A stretch of DNA of 64,000 nt from Zygnema circumcarinatum SAG 698-1b (taxonomy: Eukaryota > Plantae > Zygnematophyceae). Made by a program: the position numbers and the translations under genes. Location of the stretch: assembly GCA_037447605.1 (NCBI GenBank), contig CM074814.1:1426001-1490000 (forward strand). The letters run 5' to 3'. Positions 40,701 through 53,044 of this stretch are shown here, in pieces. Below the pieces are notes generated by a model, which had not been told where the DNA came from, ran no database searches, and was given only the letters and a program-made list of their open reading frames with translations. The stretch's first letter is position 1. Each line of letters starts with the position of its first letter.

Positions 40701-41153
40701 CATACTCCAAGACACCCCGCAGCAAAGTTAGTCGTCCAGTTAACTAGTGCACTTAGCTGAGTCTACTAATCAATCAGATTGCAGATAGTTTTCCAATACA
40801 CTGAACAGGCTAATACCTGAAGTGCTCACTGAATCGTCCGGTGGCAATTGTGCAATCCCTGTGGCCTCCTCAGGAGCCGAAAGATCATCGGCGTCGGGCA
40901 TGAGATTAGAAGATATAGCTCTTGATCTGGGAGGTTTAGAGTGAAGGGAGGAACACCAAAAAGGAAGTTCAAACAGTCTGGACGCCTCAAAGACGGGGGT
41001 GTTGAGCAAGGCCGCTGGAGCAACGCCAGAGTGATGCACAAGCAGCTGTTTGCAAGAAGGCTGGAGCTGGCAACGAAGCCCTCCGTACCCAAGCGGGAGA
41101 AAATCTGTGCTAGCGAAATAAGTTATCCTGATGCGAAGTCGCTGCAGCTGCAT
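37708..41153 (-). CDS. Nudix hydrolase (plant NUDT2/NUDT8-like group) with transit-peptide-like N-terminus
   Basis: Exons encode EDRYDGIIV, GKKGVWLQLPLAHAKLVPIAIE, GFIYHHAEPNYVML.RWLP...LPPNASHQVGIGAFV, VLAIQEKNGPLRGMGVWKMPTG, a complete Nudix box G-LVNEA-E-DICDGAV-REVKEETG, FGKSDLFFVCALRP and WMDLEEF. Confidence 0.92.
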
Positions 41154-41589
41154 GGAATAAAGACTCCAGCAGCTTCATGCGTCGAGCACACGGCGTGGCG
41201 GCATCCTGCCGCAATGCGTTAGTGCAGCGACTCGTTGCAGTCCAATTGCCCTTCACAGAAAGCGCGCCAACAGGTCCGTAGGCTCTCATCAGAAGGGGAA
41301 AGCGACGCCTCCCACACAGAGGAGCCCTTTGCGACATTCGCAACCCTAATTTTGGGTATGGTGAGCTCGAGGTAGAGCATTCAGAGGGAGTAAGTAGTAA
41401 TCTCAGCGGAGGAGCCGCGCGGGAGGACGGCGATTCGTTCTCAGATAAAAGGGAGGAAGAAGGAAAAGGAGCAGATTTCCTGGTCACAGGAAGAGCTGCT
41501 TCTCGTCTCTGTTTTTCTGGCAAAGGGTCCTGAGCTTGCTCTTGGATTTTTTCTTCAGCTCCTGTTCACATCACTGAAGGCGACGGCTA

Positions 41590-43056
41590 ATGCGGCCATC
41601 AGCAGCTTCAAAGTCGGCCACCCAGGTCTCTTTGCTCACAATGTTTGCCAAAGAAGCTTTCAGCCTTTTGTGGCTGCGCAACTTTCGAGAGCCCTCAACA
41701 CGGCTTGCAAGGCGGCCTCCAGCTAAGAGCTCTTTAAGCCCTAGAGGTAAACAGGACCTCTCTGGTTCTTCCAATTTTCCTTCGCCTGTATCCGGTTCAG
41801 GCGCAAGCTTAGACACCGGATTCTCGTGGCTGCCTGGACGGTTTCTGCTCCCTCGAGGCCTGAGTGGTCCATTGCTTGACAGGAATGCCACTCCTTCTGT
41901 TGCTCCCGCGAAAAGCAGCCGCAAGGGTTCAAAGCCTGTTGGAGGTATCAGGACTACAGTGGCTCAGGCTGGTCAGGAGGAAGCAGTTGTTAGCCAGGAG
42001 AAGAGGAACGTATTGTCTAAAAGTGTTTGGCCAGAGGACGTCGAAAAAATCACTAAGAATTTAGAAGAAAAGTTCCCGAATAAAGAAGTGGGAAGCGCTG
42101 CTGTGGGAAACATCAGAGCAATGCTGCAACTTGGAGCGAAACGAGCTCAAATTCTGCGACTGTTTTCTGCCGGCGACACTTTCTATGATAAAGAGCATAG
42201 CAGTGCCCTGCTTTCAAAATCAGAAATTCTAAGCAAGTTTGGATTGCAATCCAGCGTGCTGTTCAAGGCTCTCTCGAAAACTTCTGACTGGCTGGCCACT
42301 CCGGATGTTGAAATGGCTCAAAATTTGGAATATCTGGACAAAGGCTTGGGTGTGAACAATCTGGGAAAGCTGGTCAGCGTTAATCCTCATGCATTGAGCC
42401 TTCCACTCGATGCAATTAAAGAGGCCGTAGGATATCTTCACGAATTGCAGATAGCTGATGCTGGGGCTGCAATTGGACGTAGTCCAGTCCTGCTGGGCAA
42501 GGGGAAAGGAGATCTCGAGTCAAGAATAAGTAATTTAGAAACTGTTTTGCAGCGGAAAGGAAGTGAAATTTGGATGCTCATTGCGAAGCAACCAGCGCTA
42601 CTTTCACGAAGCTCAGATACAATCTCGGAGTCTCACAATGGTCTGGTGGACACCTTTGGGAAAGATTCTGCCAGTAGACTTATAGCGAGTCAACCTCAGC
42701 TTCTTGGTATGGAGTGGGCACAACTCAGGGTCCCACTCGAAGGTTTGATTTCGCTTTTTACAAAGGACGTAGCAGTGCAGATGGTGATCACATGCCCTCT
42801 CTTGGTGAGCAGAAAGTGGAAGGGCACCCAGGAGAAATTTACATTCCTTCGAGAAACGATGGGGCGCAGCGTGGAGGAAATTCTAGAATGGCCCACAGCA
42901 TTAACTTCAAGTTTCGATGGCCGCTTGCAACCTCGCTATGAAGCTCTCCAGAAACAAGGAGTTGAAAAAGACTTCAGTCTGCGCAGCATGTTTGGTTGCG
43001 ATGATGCCACGTTCAAACGGAGATTCAATGTCGAGCTTCTCAAAAAAAAGAGGTAA
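41590..43056 (+). CDS. mTERF: mTERF family protein, intronless, 488 aa, organelle-targeting-like N-terminus
   Basis: Leu-rich ~30-aa repeats (QNLEYLDKGLG, NPHALSLPL, SPVLLG, QPALLSRS, QPQLLG, CPLLVSR) and a typical C-terminus EKFTFLRETMGRSVEEILEWPTALTSSFDGRLQPRYEAL...SLRSMFGCDDATFKRRF. Confidence 0.85.
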   Translation: MRPSAASKSATQVSLLTMFAKEAFSLLWLRNFREPSTRLARRPPAKSSLSPRGKQDLSGSSNFPSPVSGSGASLDTGFSWLPGRFLLPRGLSGPLLDRNATPSVAPAKSSRKGSKPVGGIRTTVAQAGQEEAVVSQEKRNVLSKSVWPEDVEKITKNLEEKFPNKEVGSAAVGNIRAMLQLGAKRAQILRLFSAGDTFYDKEHSSALLSKSEILSKFGLQSSVLFKALSKTSDWLATPDVEMAQNLEYLDKGLGVNNLGKLVSVNPHALSLPLDAIKEAVGYLHELQIADAGAAIGRSPVLLGKGKGDLESRISNLETVLQRKGSEIWMLIAKQPALLSRSSDTISESHNGLVDTFGKDSASRLIASQPQLLGMEWAQLRVPLEGLISLFTKDVAVQMVITCPLLVSRKWKGTQEKFTFLRETMGRSVEEILEWPTALTSSFDGRLQPRYEALQKQGVEKDFSLRSMFGCDDATFKRRFNVELLKKKR

Positions 43057-46020
43057 AAATTTCGACCCTTTATTTTGCAGTCCTCGCCATATCTCAACAA
43101 CTGGACGAGCACCTGATGCTGTTATTGCAGCTTTTTCCCCTCGTTTCTTCTTGTCTAATGATCGCTGTGTCTCATGTCGAATTGCCCCGATGTCCCTCCT
43201 TGTAGGCAATGCACGGATGCCACACTCTTGTTCGGAATTTACTTTTTTGTAAATTCTATAGTGCGTGAACTCAAAGACGGCTGACCCGAGTGGATGCGCG
43301 AGATGTTGATGATTATGGCTGGCTACAACATATCAGAAAGTCATTGGACACGGTTGCAATTGACTATGCACTGAATCATGGAGGAACGCGCTGACGAAAG
43401 GCCCTTTTTTTGTGCAGGAGTTCTTCAAAGAAGCCAACCTCTGATTCTGAGGTCTGATCATTTGGCTCCTCTCAAGGAAGTAAGTTGGCACTCCCTCGGT
43501 GGCTTGCGCTTCTTTAGCTTTCGGATCTGCTGCCAGGGCTTGTCTTTGCCTGTGAGGAATGCACGCTGTGCATTCTCGCTATGCTCCAGTTAACTCTGCT
43601 CCAGTTAACTCTGCTCCAAGCAGGTGGCTAGAAACTTTAGAAGCATCATGTGGAGCAAAGAAACAGTCTCGTCTCAATTCTCTGTATTTCCATGGTCAAG
43701 ATGGCCGATGAAACCCATAAGAGAAACGGGATGCCATGTGGGATGCATCATGGAGCCGATCTATTTTACTTGCTCATTCATGGGGGGGATATGAAACAGG
43801 CCCTTCCTACAGCACAGCCGCATATTGTTACTGTGCTCTGGACACGTGTGATTGACGAGCACATTGCTCTGGAACGAGGTTGGACTCGTTGCTAGGATTT
43901 GTTCACGCCTTCTTGAAGGAACTGCTGAATAGGTGTGACTGACTCGTGTACACAGCGTAGACAGCGTATACAGCGTAGACAGCGTGACAGCCACCATAGA
44001 TTTGACGATGCGTGCACTGCCTTTACCTGTAGGATAGGCAGGTGACCAGGACTCCAAGCGGCAGCTAGAAACTTGCAAATGTTGGCAACATGAGCGTGCG
44101 CTTTACCTTCACCCACCAGTGAATGAGTCACACATGGCGATGGTTGAGACGACTTTGTGAGACAAATGATGACTATATGCGGCATAACCAGTGATAGGTT
44201 AAATTGACAACGAGCAGAACGCATGTGCAATGTACATAACACAAGCAGCAATTGGTTCCAGTTGGTAGATGAAGAATGTTGAAGATGTCTAAAAATTCAA
44301 AGTATCGAGGCTTTGAAGGAAACGGCTTACAATTGGACTTCTCATAAGAGTTTATTTCTGGCGCTTGGCCAAAACCACTTCGACGTCGCTCAACCGACAA
44401 CCGCCAGCTTCCGGGCGCAAGGACATCTCACAGTCTTCAAAATAGTTTTCCTAACGAACACACCCAACCAGGAGAATGTTGAGGGTCGTGTTTCGGATAC
44501 GAAGGAGAGGAGTTTGACAGAGGCGCAGGAATGCTTCCAGCCGCACCATTTTCAGAGAATTGATGCAGCTTCTGGTATCGTATTTCATTTCCAAATTAGC
44601 GTATCTAAACGGCTGGTTACACGTGATTCTGCACCACCATGTACAGAGGGTAGGTACCTGAATTTTTCCCAAGTTGTACTGATGAACTAGGGTGAGTAAT
44701 GCCATGAAGCATCTCTGGGGTTTTGCGTGCGTTCCGGGATCCTCAATGCCTGAAACTAGAAAATATGAAATCGGGAGGGCAGGACAGATTAGTTGACTGC
44801 CTTCTGAAATGTAGTTTCAGGCAGTCTGCTGTTAACACAGTACTTAGCAAAGTTAAAACTGTCAACGGTCAAATTCACTCTCATCAAACACATGCAAGGA
44901 ATTTCGTTTCTCAAAGGATGTGGGAGGGGAGTTTTGGAGGAGGGGAGGGAGCAGAGACGGGTAGAGGAAAGGGAGGGGGGGGAGAGATGGGGGAGTGAAA
45001 GGGTGAGGGAGAGGAAAAGGGAGAGGGAGAGAAGGACGTGGACAGGAGGGAAGTGAGGGTAGGCGGAGAGAGAGGAGGCAAGACCGATTGGTGGGCAGAA
45101 AACGGAAGGAAGCGGCGTTTGGTGGCAGTGAGTGAATTTGGGCGAGTGCGAGCGGCATTAGGAAAGGGAGAGATTCACTGTCTGCTACCCAGAACGTGAA
45201 ACCAGCTGAGAGGGACATAACTGCAGTGCCTCACTATAGAATTGAACCGAGTGTGCAGGAAAGTATTCTTACATGTAGTTGATAAGTGATCGACTATTGT
45301 TTTTAACGATGTTGTCATCTCTCTTTGCTCTTCATATCGCCTCTTTAAAAACAAAGAGAGGTGTTTCAGCATTGACGCCACGCCACGCTTTCGCCCATCG
45401 CATGAGAGCAAACCCCACCCAGCTCTCGTTAGACAGCGGATGAGTGAAGTGCAGGTAAAGTGAAGTAGTCGGAGTTCGTGAGAAAGAAAAAGGAAAAGGA
45501 CGAGAGCACGAAAAAGGGGAAGGCAGAAGTGGGGGAGGGGAAACGGCAAACGGAGAGGGGGGAGAGAGAGGTGGAGAAGGACAAAGAAGGAAGGAGATGG
45601 CAGTAGGAACGACGAGGGAGGGGCGGAAAAGTAGAGGGTAACGCATTAAGAAGCCAGTCATGATCTCTGAAGTAGACATTTTTCAAACAGTAATTCGCAG
45701 TATTCAGTTGAACAGTGTATTCTGTTAGATGAATTATATGCTTTTAAACTCAAAGTCGATCATTCGATATTTCCTTTATATTAGGTTTGGCTGATGACCT
45801 GGGTCAATCACCCTTACCGCTTTATGGTAGTAACAGAGCAGTAGATAATAGATGTACCACATAAATAGTTCACGTCAAGTTTTACATTTCTGGTGAACCT
45901 AAACTGAAACACTAGAGTTCGTTTTGTTGGTGAAGGCGGATTGGTCCACAAGGGTTTCTTCATCATGTCAGGCAGCCAGAATGCAGCGCGCTAGGGCATG
46001 CATATTGAAAATGTTCAAAC

Positions 46021-49000
46021 CTAGTTGTTTCTGAGAAGATTTGTTACCTGTTGCGAGCGCTCTGCATATGCCGCTGCCGTGATCAGATCATCCAATCTAT
46101 ACCTCTTCCGAACACTTGATGGCAATGTCACACTTGTCCCCTTCGATGTGGGTGTCTGTTCAACCTCTCGTTCAGACTCAGTATCGCTTGGAAGGTCAGT
46201 TTGGGGCTCTTGATTACTGTTTTCTTGAGGTGATGGGATACATGCTGCATGTTCATGCAGGTGGTCGTCCCTCATTCGGGCCATGCTTGGCACCCATGAA
46301 GTTTCGGAATCTTCTGAACACTCGTCAGTATCACTAAATACCGCAGTGAATGATTCGCCTCCTTCTGCTTGTGCTTCATCCCTGAGGTCCCTCACAGTAC
46401 GTTCAGTTGTATGGCAGGGAGTTGCTTTTCTCTGAGATCCTAAAAGGGATGCCGAGTCATTAGAGCGATGCTCAAACTCAATAGGCAGTTGACTTTGCCA
46501 TGCGTAATTATCCCAGTGCCCGTTGTCTGATCCATATTGCGTCTCCAATGGTGGAGAAAAGTTCGGTCCAAAAGAGGTTTGTGTATGAATCAGACCCCTG
46601 TCGATCAACTGCTGGGAAACGTCTGCTAAATCTCGCTCATCTTCATCCAAAGTTCCATAATTCATGGAGTCTTCCAGGGTATCCAGCGTCCAATTCATCT
46701 GCCTTTCGTATAAAACTGGAGATTCATTCTCTGCTGTACTTATGTTGTTACAATTGCGCGGATATTCTCTCGGGCTCATACCATAGTCAGTTTGCAAATC
46801 CTCTAAGTAATGGGACTCGGTAGTGTCTTCCTCCCACATGCGACCAAGTTCTGATTTCCCGCCAGGCGACATTGGCGGCGAAAAAGTGGACCAATGTCGA
46901 CGTGCATCTTCCTGCGAGCTGATGTGATCTCGGTCGTAATTCGAATAAGCATGACAGTAAGAACTTGATGAAAAAGTTGTCAGAGTTTCCGAAGGGCTGA
47001 CAAATGGTGAGGCTCGAGGGTCTGGAGAGTCCTGCTTTTGCCCTGGAAGGAAAAAAATCACAAAGTACACTATTGATTCCTTTCTTGCAATGATGGAGCT
47101 ATACAAATGTAAGACCTGCCGAACAGTTTGACTAAGTAACGAGCAACGCTAGTGTACAGTCTTCAACCGAACACACCGAGAAGTGGCTCATACGTTGTAG
47201 AGAGAGCTGCACTCTCCTCAAATCTAACCTTGCCAGTGACACTCCTGAAACCACGACAAGAATTGAAAATCGAAGTGAAAGCGAATGGCACCCACATATT
47301 ACCTGGAAATGGTTCTGATGCACAGCCTTCAGCATGATCAACATATTGTCCCAAGTCAGCGCTTGATTCCGAAAGAAACTCACTCGGAATCTGCAAGATC
47401 AGAAGAGACGATTAAGAATCATCTTCAGGAGGACATGTCGGTTGGGATGATTCAAATAGCTTCCGAAAGATTTTGGAACTTGAAGGAACATAAAGAACAC
47501 CGTTGGTTGAGATAATTCGTGCCTACATCAAAAATATCTCGATGTAGCTGATGCAGATGTTCGAGGAGGTCAAAATCACCTAAAGCCAGAGAAAGGAAGA
47601 TGGTGAAGAAACGAGACTACAAATAGAGTCCTAATTGGTTTGGTAGACATAGTGTGATGTAGATAATGAGAAAAGCAATCGATCGAGGGGGCGAGATCAC
47701 ATATGTACACGTTTAGAAGTGTGAAACTTCGTATTACAAGCAATGGTGATGGGTTCGTCCGCTCACAAGATGATAAAGCCGTCCGCATGAGCCCAATCCC
47801 TACAACGCTCGGTGGCAGGTAGTCTCCTTCTCCTGCCAGTCCTGCGATGTTGGGGGGAGGTCGCAACAGCTGCTCCGCATCACGAACAAACCTGCAATCA
47901 CAAAGTCAAAGCAAATTCAGGGGACTGTTTAGATCAAAGTCACGTGGACGCGACGAGGATAAAGCGAAGGCAAATAATATGGCAATGAAATGAGCAAAGA
48001 AGCAGCAAAAGGAAAGGAAAATCTCCTCGTTCTAGATTGTTTAGGATAGGCGGGAAGCCTTCATCATGTTGGTGATCCAACCCATGAAAAAAATCGACAT
48101 GCGCAATCGTTACAGTGAAATGAAACCTTTGAAGAAGGATAAAGTGAGCAGTTGTCGCTCCTTGGATTGACAAGCATACCCTGCTGTTGCTCTCTAAGAA
48201 CCTTCAATATATGGCTAGAATGAAGGAAAAAGGAGGTCCCCATACCTGAATGTTCGCCTGTTTATCTCTCTCAAAGCCACAGGGTGAAACCTCTGAACGT
48301 CCTCCTCACTGAAACATATTTTTCCCAGTGGAGCCATCTGCGCTCACGGTCCTCGCCCTGAGAAATCAGTTACCATGGGTAAACTCATGTGCCCCACCTA
48401 GTTCCAATATAGACAAGAGGACCAGCAGAAGAATCACAAAGGACTCACACTGTCTGCTGTATCACGAGCCCGAGCGACCTTCAGTCTTATTTTTTTATGT
48501 TTCTTTTCACCGTGGCTGTCCAGTGTTTGGTCCTCCTGCTTTTCTAGATCCGTGTCATCACTGATGTCTTCTATTGGGTCCAATTTGTCCTTCAGTCCTC
48601 TCATGGACGAATGATGGACCATATGATCCCAGGTTTCGTCAATTGGATCGATCATATCACTGTGAGCAACAGGCGATTTGTCTTTTGCTTGAAGAGAAGG
48701 TGGCGCTGTTGTTTGCAATAGTGGAAGTGAAGAGCGAGGATGACAAGACAGCAGAGTTTCCGCTGAAGCATTCCTTCCTGGTCCTGTATAAGTACGGGCC
48801 TCAAGAGGGCCCAGATTGCGATTCATTGCCGTTTCTGTACTTATCGAGAAGCCACACTTTGTAGAGCAAATGGTCGTGGTTGATATTGTTTCTTGGTCAG
48901 TTTGTATATTATCCTCGTCGCACGACATGGTTTCGGCGGCTGGTTGCACCTGTGCAAGGAAAGATTCTTGTTTTTGTAGGGATTCATGGAGATACTTCAT

Positions 49001-51224
49001 TGTCGTTAGTCTAAACTACATTCATTGGCTCTAGCTTTAGCCAAAAAGATATGACAACCGGCATTCCTCTGTTTCATCATCCACTGTAAAGCTACACCGG
49101 AAAAGCGAGCAGCAGGAGCATTGTTAAAACCTACTTCGGTTCGGAGATGCCCGCCAGTAACGAGCTCTTCTAGTTCTTTGAAGCCTCGAGAATCAAAGAT
49201 GGATACTTCAGCCTGTTGTACACGATTCGAATTGCCGCTGTTCGGCTTCGGAATCGTCACTTCAGCTTCGATGGTATCGCCCTCAAGTGTGAGTTCCTTG
49301 GTGATCGGCAAGATGCTATGCTTAAATGGACTCAAGTCAAATTTTTGCAAGTTATCGATTTTATCGTCTGTGATGAGGGAAGTAGATCCCTCGAGATGAA
49401 GTCTTCCACATGAACTCAAAACATAAAACATATCGAAATATGTCAATTTAACGTTTGGTTTCCCTGCCAGTGAAATTCCTTTCGCTTCAATGAAAGTGTC
49501 AAAACGAAAAGCAGTAAAAGATAATATGGCGACTACTGGCTCTGCAGTCAACCACGTTAGCTTTTCTGTTTGAAGATACGTTTTTGGTTTACCTTTCAAT
49601 GAGGCTGTCCAATGCCGTGGTTACTTCCTTATCAAGATCAAAACACAGGGCACTCTTGGGAAGGAAAATATTTGAATGGCGATGTACAAATTCTTCCTAC
49701 ACCGCCTCACAAAAGCCAAGAAAAGTTAACGGAATAAGGCCCTTAGCTGACTGCCGTGCCGTGCAGTATTTTAATAGGACTTATCACAAAAACATTATAT
49801 TGGATGCAAACTTCACTAAACCAGGTCCCCATGCTTACCAGTTTGTCAGCTAAAGGTGCAAATCGCATCGAAGTTCTACCAATTTGTTTGGTGGTTCCAT
49901 TCTGATGAAATGACAGCTTGCCATACGTAGAGGTAGGATCCCCAGAACTTCTCGTTAATGTTCCAACATCCATCCCGAGATTGCTTATCAAGGACACAGC
50001 CGATTCATAGTCATCCTGACATAAAAAGGCATCGTCTACAACAGTCCCTGCGCCAGACTTATATTCATGTAAGCATTCACACTATTCACAGGTTGATGTT
50101 AGCAGAGACTAACAAGGGAACTCCTCAGGCGATGTCAGAAAAACATCACACGCTGAATGGTTTTGAAGGTTACGGGCTTGCGATGAAACTTACCAGAGGG
50201 ATAACTGGTCTCGCTCGTGGACTTTCGGTCCTCCTTGCAGAGTTTTTTCTGCAGGCCCTTGTGATGCTTGATAGCATCGGTTGTTGATTTCACCAAATTT
50301 TCTGCACTTCTTCCGTCAGGACGAAAACTTGCGGCTGGTTTCAGTAGATATAATAGTACACAATAAGCCTATTCACGACAAGCACTTAATGATGAAATAA
50401 CTTTGAAAAAAAATACTCAGAATACTCATGTGGGAACATGCCGGCGGAAAAACTGACGTGTATAGACACACCTTTCATGGATCGAATCAACTGCAACCCA
50501 AACCTCACAAAGAAATCCTTAAGGGGGGTAGAGAATAAACGAAGGTGATAGTCGCTTCTTCTACTTTCGTGCTTTTTATAATAGTTTATAAAAAAGCCCG
50601 TAAATGTGGTCCGTGTGTAAGTGACAATCATAGCTATCAGCAAACTCATTCAAAGTGCAGGCTAAGTTCAGAAGCAACATGTGCCGGACACAGAAATAAT
50701 CTTTAGTTCGTCTGCTACATAACAAGTTGAAGGTAGAAAAATATAAATCCACATATCACGACGAAGAGTGTATTTCTGGGAGCGATAGCCAACCTCCACT
50801 CGAATATGTACGTTAGTTGAGGCCGCATTGACGTCTTCTTTCGTTGCCGCTGCAGGTGGTTTGTCATCTCCTTCCTGTTCAGAAAATGCAACCAAGCACC
50901 AGAGTGTCAATCAAAGTTTTGGTTTCATGATGAGAAACTCTAGTCCAGGTCCTCCAACATTTGAAGGGCAGATTTGCAGGACAGAAATTTCAATGAAATT
51001 CCCGCTTCCAACAGCCGCCATCACCTTATGCTTACAGGTTGTAACTGAATCAAACCTACCATAAACGGTGACAAGGCTGCCGCGATGTATTTTACTTCGA
51101 AAGGGTTTTTCTTATGCCTCCTGTGTTCAACATCATCTGCCAAAGCAAGGACCGAGACAGCCATGCCTCTCTCATATTCATCCATCCGCTTCCCTTTCCC
51201 TCTTCCTGTCTTCATCGCACTCAA
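46021..51224 (-). CDS. Large multi-exon gene of unknown function
   Basis: A chain of open segments bounded by GT/AG sites, e.g. ...YIAAALSPFM/gt (~51054), cag/EGDDKPP (~50875), ...LIRSMK/gt, cag/ASFRPDG...SYPS/gtaag, cag/GTVVDDAFLC, EEFVHRHSNIF, ag/FVRDAEQLLRPPP (~47890), and a ~340-aa acidic terminal exon from ~47044 to the stop at 46021. No family recognised; start codon and several boundaries are uncertain. Confidence 0.6.
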
Positions 51225-51721
51225 GCTTTTTTTTTCTAAAAAGCCTCTTGAGCGGCTGCCACGTTTGGAGATGCTGAAACAAATCCCAGCAGGCAGTCTG
51301 CACGCAAGGCGAGGCCTGCAGCAGGACTCGACTCAGGCCGCCGGCCCCTGCCAGCGCATGCACTCAACAGCAGGTACCGTGCGGCCCACTGAGGGCTTCC
51401 TCTTCGCTGCAAGAGGTCTTTCCAATGTTCCTGACAGGCCCTCTACGGTGGAGGTCGCTTTTGAAATATATAGTGCTCAAAGACATGGACAGCTCCTATA
51501 TGGAACAGTGGGTTACTTTGCTACCTGAAAAAAAGCCCATGGCCGGTGGAAAACTAAAAGGAAGTGAACAACGACGTGAGGAAAGGAAGTTGTTGTCAAT
51601 GTTTGCTCTGGACTGCCGCTGGAGAGGGCGTGGAATAACATGGTGGCCATGGCGGAAGGGAAACAAGGGTGCTTGTTGTGCATGGCGTACACTTGTGTTG
51701 GGACTTAGGTCCGTACAGTGT

Positions 51722-51841
51722 TGTCCCATGGTGCGACCACAAGTTCCCATAGTGCGACCAAAGTTCCCTTAGTGCGACCAAGATGTCCCATAGTGCGATC
51801 AGAATATCCCATACTGCGACAAAACTGTCCCATAGTGCGAC
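51722..51841. repeat. 21-bp minisatellite, six copies, core TCCCATAGTGCGAC
   Basis: Cores start at 51724, 51745, 51765, 51786, 51807 and 51828. Confidence 0.92.
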
Positions 51842-53044
51842 GTGCGTGCGACGAGTCGACGCCGGCGAGAATCGATGCATGCGAACAAAATTCGTTCCCA
51901 CCCACAGAGAAATGGTCCCGAGTGCGAGGACGTGCGGAGGGACCGGGAGGGAAGGGAGGGAAGGGGAGGCGGGGCGGCTGCAAGGGGCTGCATGGCGAGC
52001 AAGCGCGACCTCGATCGTGTGACAAGCTATCACGTTGTGTGTTGGCAGAGACAGGGCTGCGAGGGAGAAAGGCAAGGCTCATCGAATGGGAGCTTACGAT
52101 TCAGGAATTGGTTTCTTAAGGTTTTTTCTTGGAGAGACAGAGTTACAGAGTAGAGGAGACAAGAGATATGCTCTGTAATCCTGACATTAAGAGTGGCACT
52201 ACATATTGGGTGGGTTCCGGGTGGTAATTCACTGAGAAAATATAAAAACGTTGAGGTTGAGGCTTTCCCCTGGGAAGAGTTGGTCCATATTGTGTGAGAT
52301 TTATATGTGCTTGTGTCGAGTGCCGCAAGCTTGTGCGAGATCCGAAGAAGTAGGTCCTAAAATAAGTGCTGGTTTCCCTGTCTGGCGCAGCCACTCACGC
52401 TGCGTTGATGCCAGTGCTTGCGATAGTGTCGTTGGCGAGGGCAAGAAGAGTATTAAGTAAGTATTACGAAGAGTATTAAGTAAGTATTTGGTCTTTTTGA
52501 TGGATTCTTATTGGTATTATGCTGCGTGGGATTCAGGATGAACATTTACTTCCGAACGTCGCGCAAAAGTACTGGTTTTTTGGCTTTTATGATTGTAATG
52601 CTAAGGAACGCAGGCTGGCTAATGCAAGAGTACCCTGTTGCACATGTTTTGAGTTGCCTTTATATGTTTTAGCGAAGGGTTCAGCGATGTCGGATTCGTC
52701 GCATGCACATGGTCCAAAATCGACGAGGCTGAGTGAACTCTAGTGGCCGGGGCTGCACTTAAGCATTGTCGTAACGAGCAGTTCAGTCCGCAGTCTCTAA
52801 CTGAGCATGCCCTGTTGCATTTCCATTGCATTCCAGGTTGAGGAGGTCTACGGCGGAACGACCGAATTCCCTGACTGACTCTTTTCAAAAGCGGGGGGGG
52901 CTTGACGAAGTCAGTAAGGTAAAGGCTGTTCATCTTTTTATGATTCATCGTGAAGTAAAAAATGCCTACACTTCTATTAACTGTTTCTTTAGCGCTGTAC
53001 CTATGTTGATCCTTTACTGCGGATGCTTTTGACCCTGAATGCAG

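Noticed and set aside
44205-44225. miR535-like sequence TGACAACGAG...
   Set aside because: Only the first 10 nt match and no complementary star arm is evident.
46021-50900. Degenerate transposon or viral ORF
   Set aside because: The frame changes coincide with plausible GT-AG introns, and no RT, integrase, transposase or helicase motifs or terminal repeats were seen.
51722-51841. CRISPR array
   Set aside because: Linkers are only 6-7 bp, the repeats are degenerate, no cas genes are present and the context is eukaryotic; this is a minisatellite.
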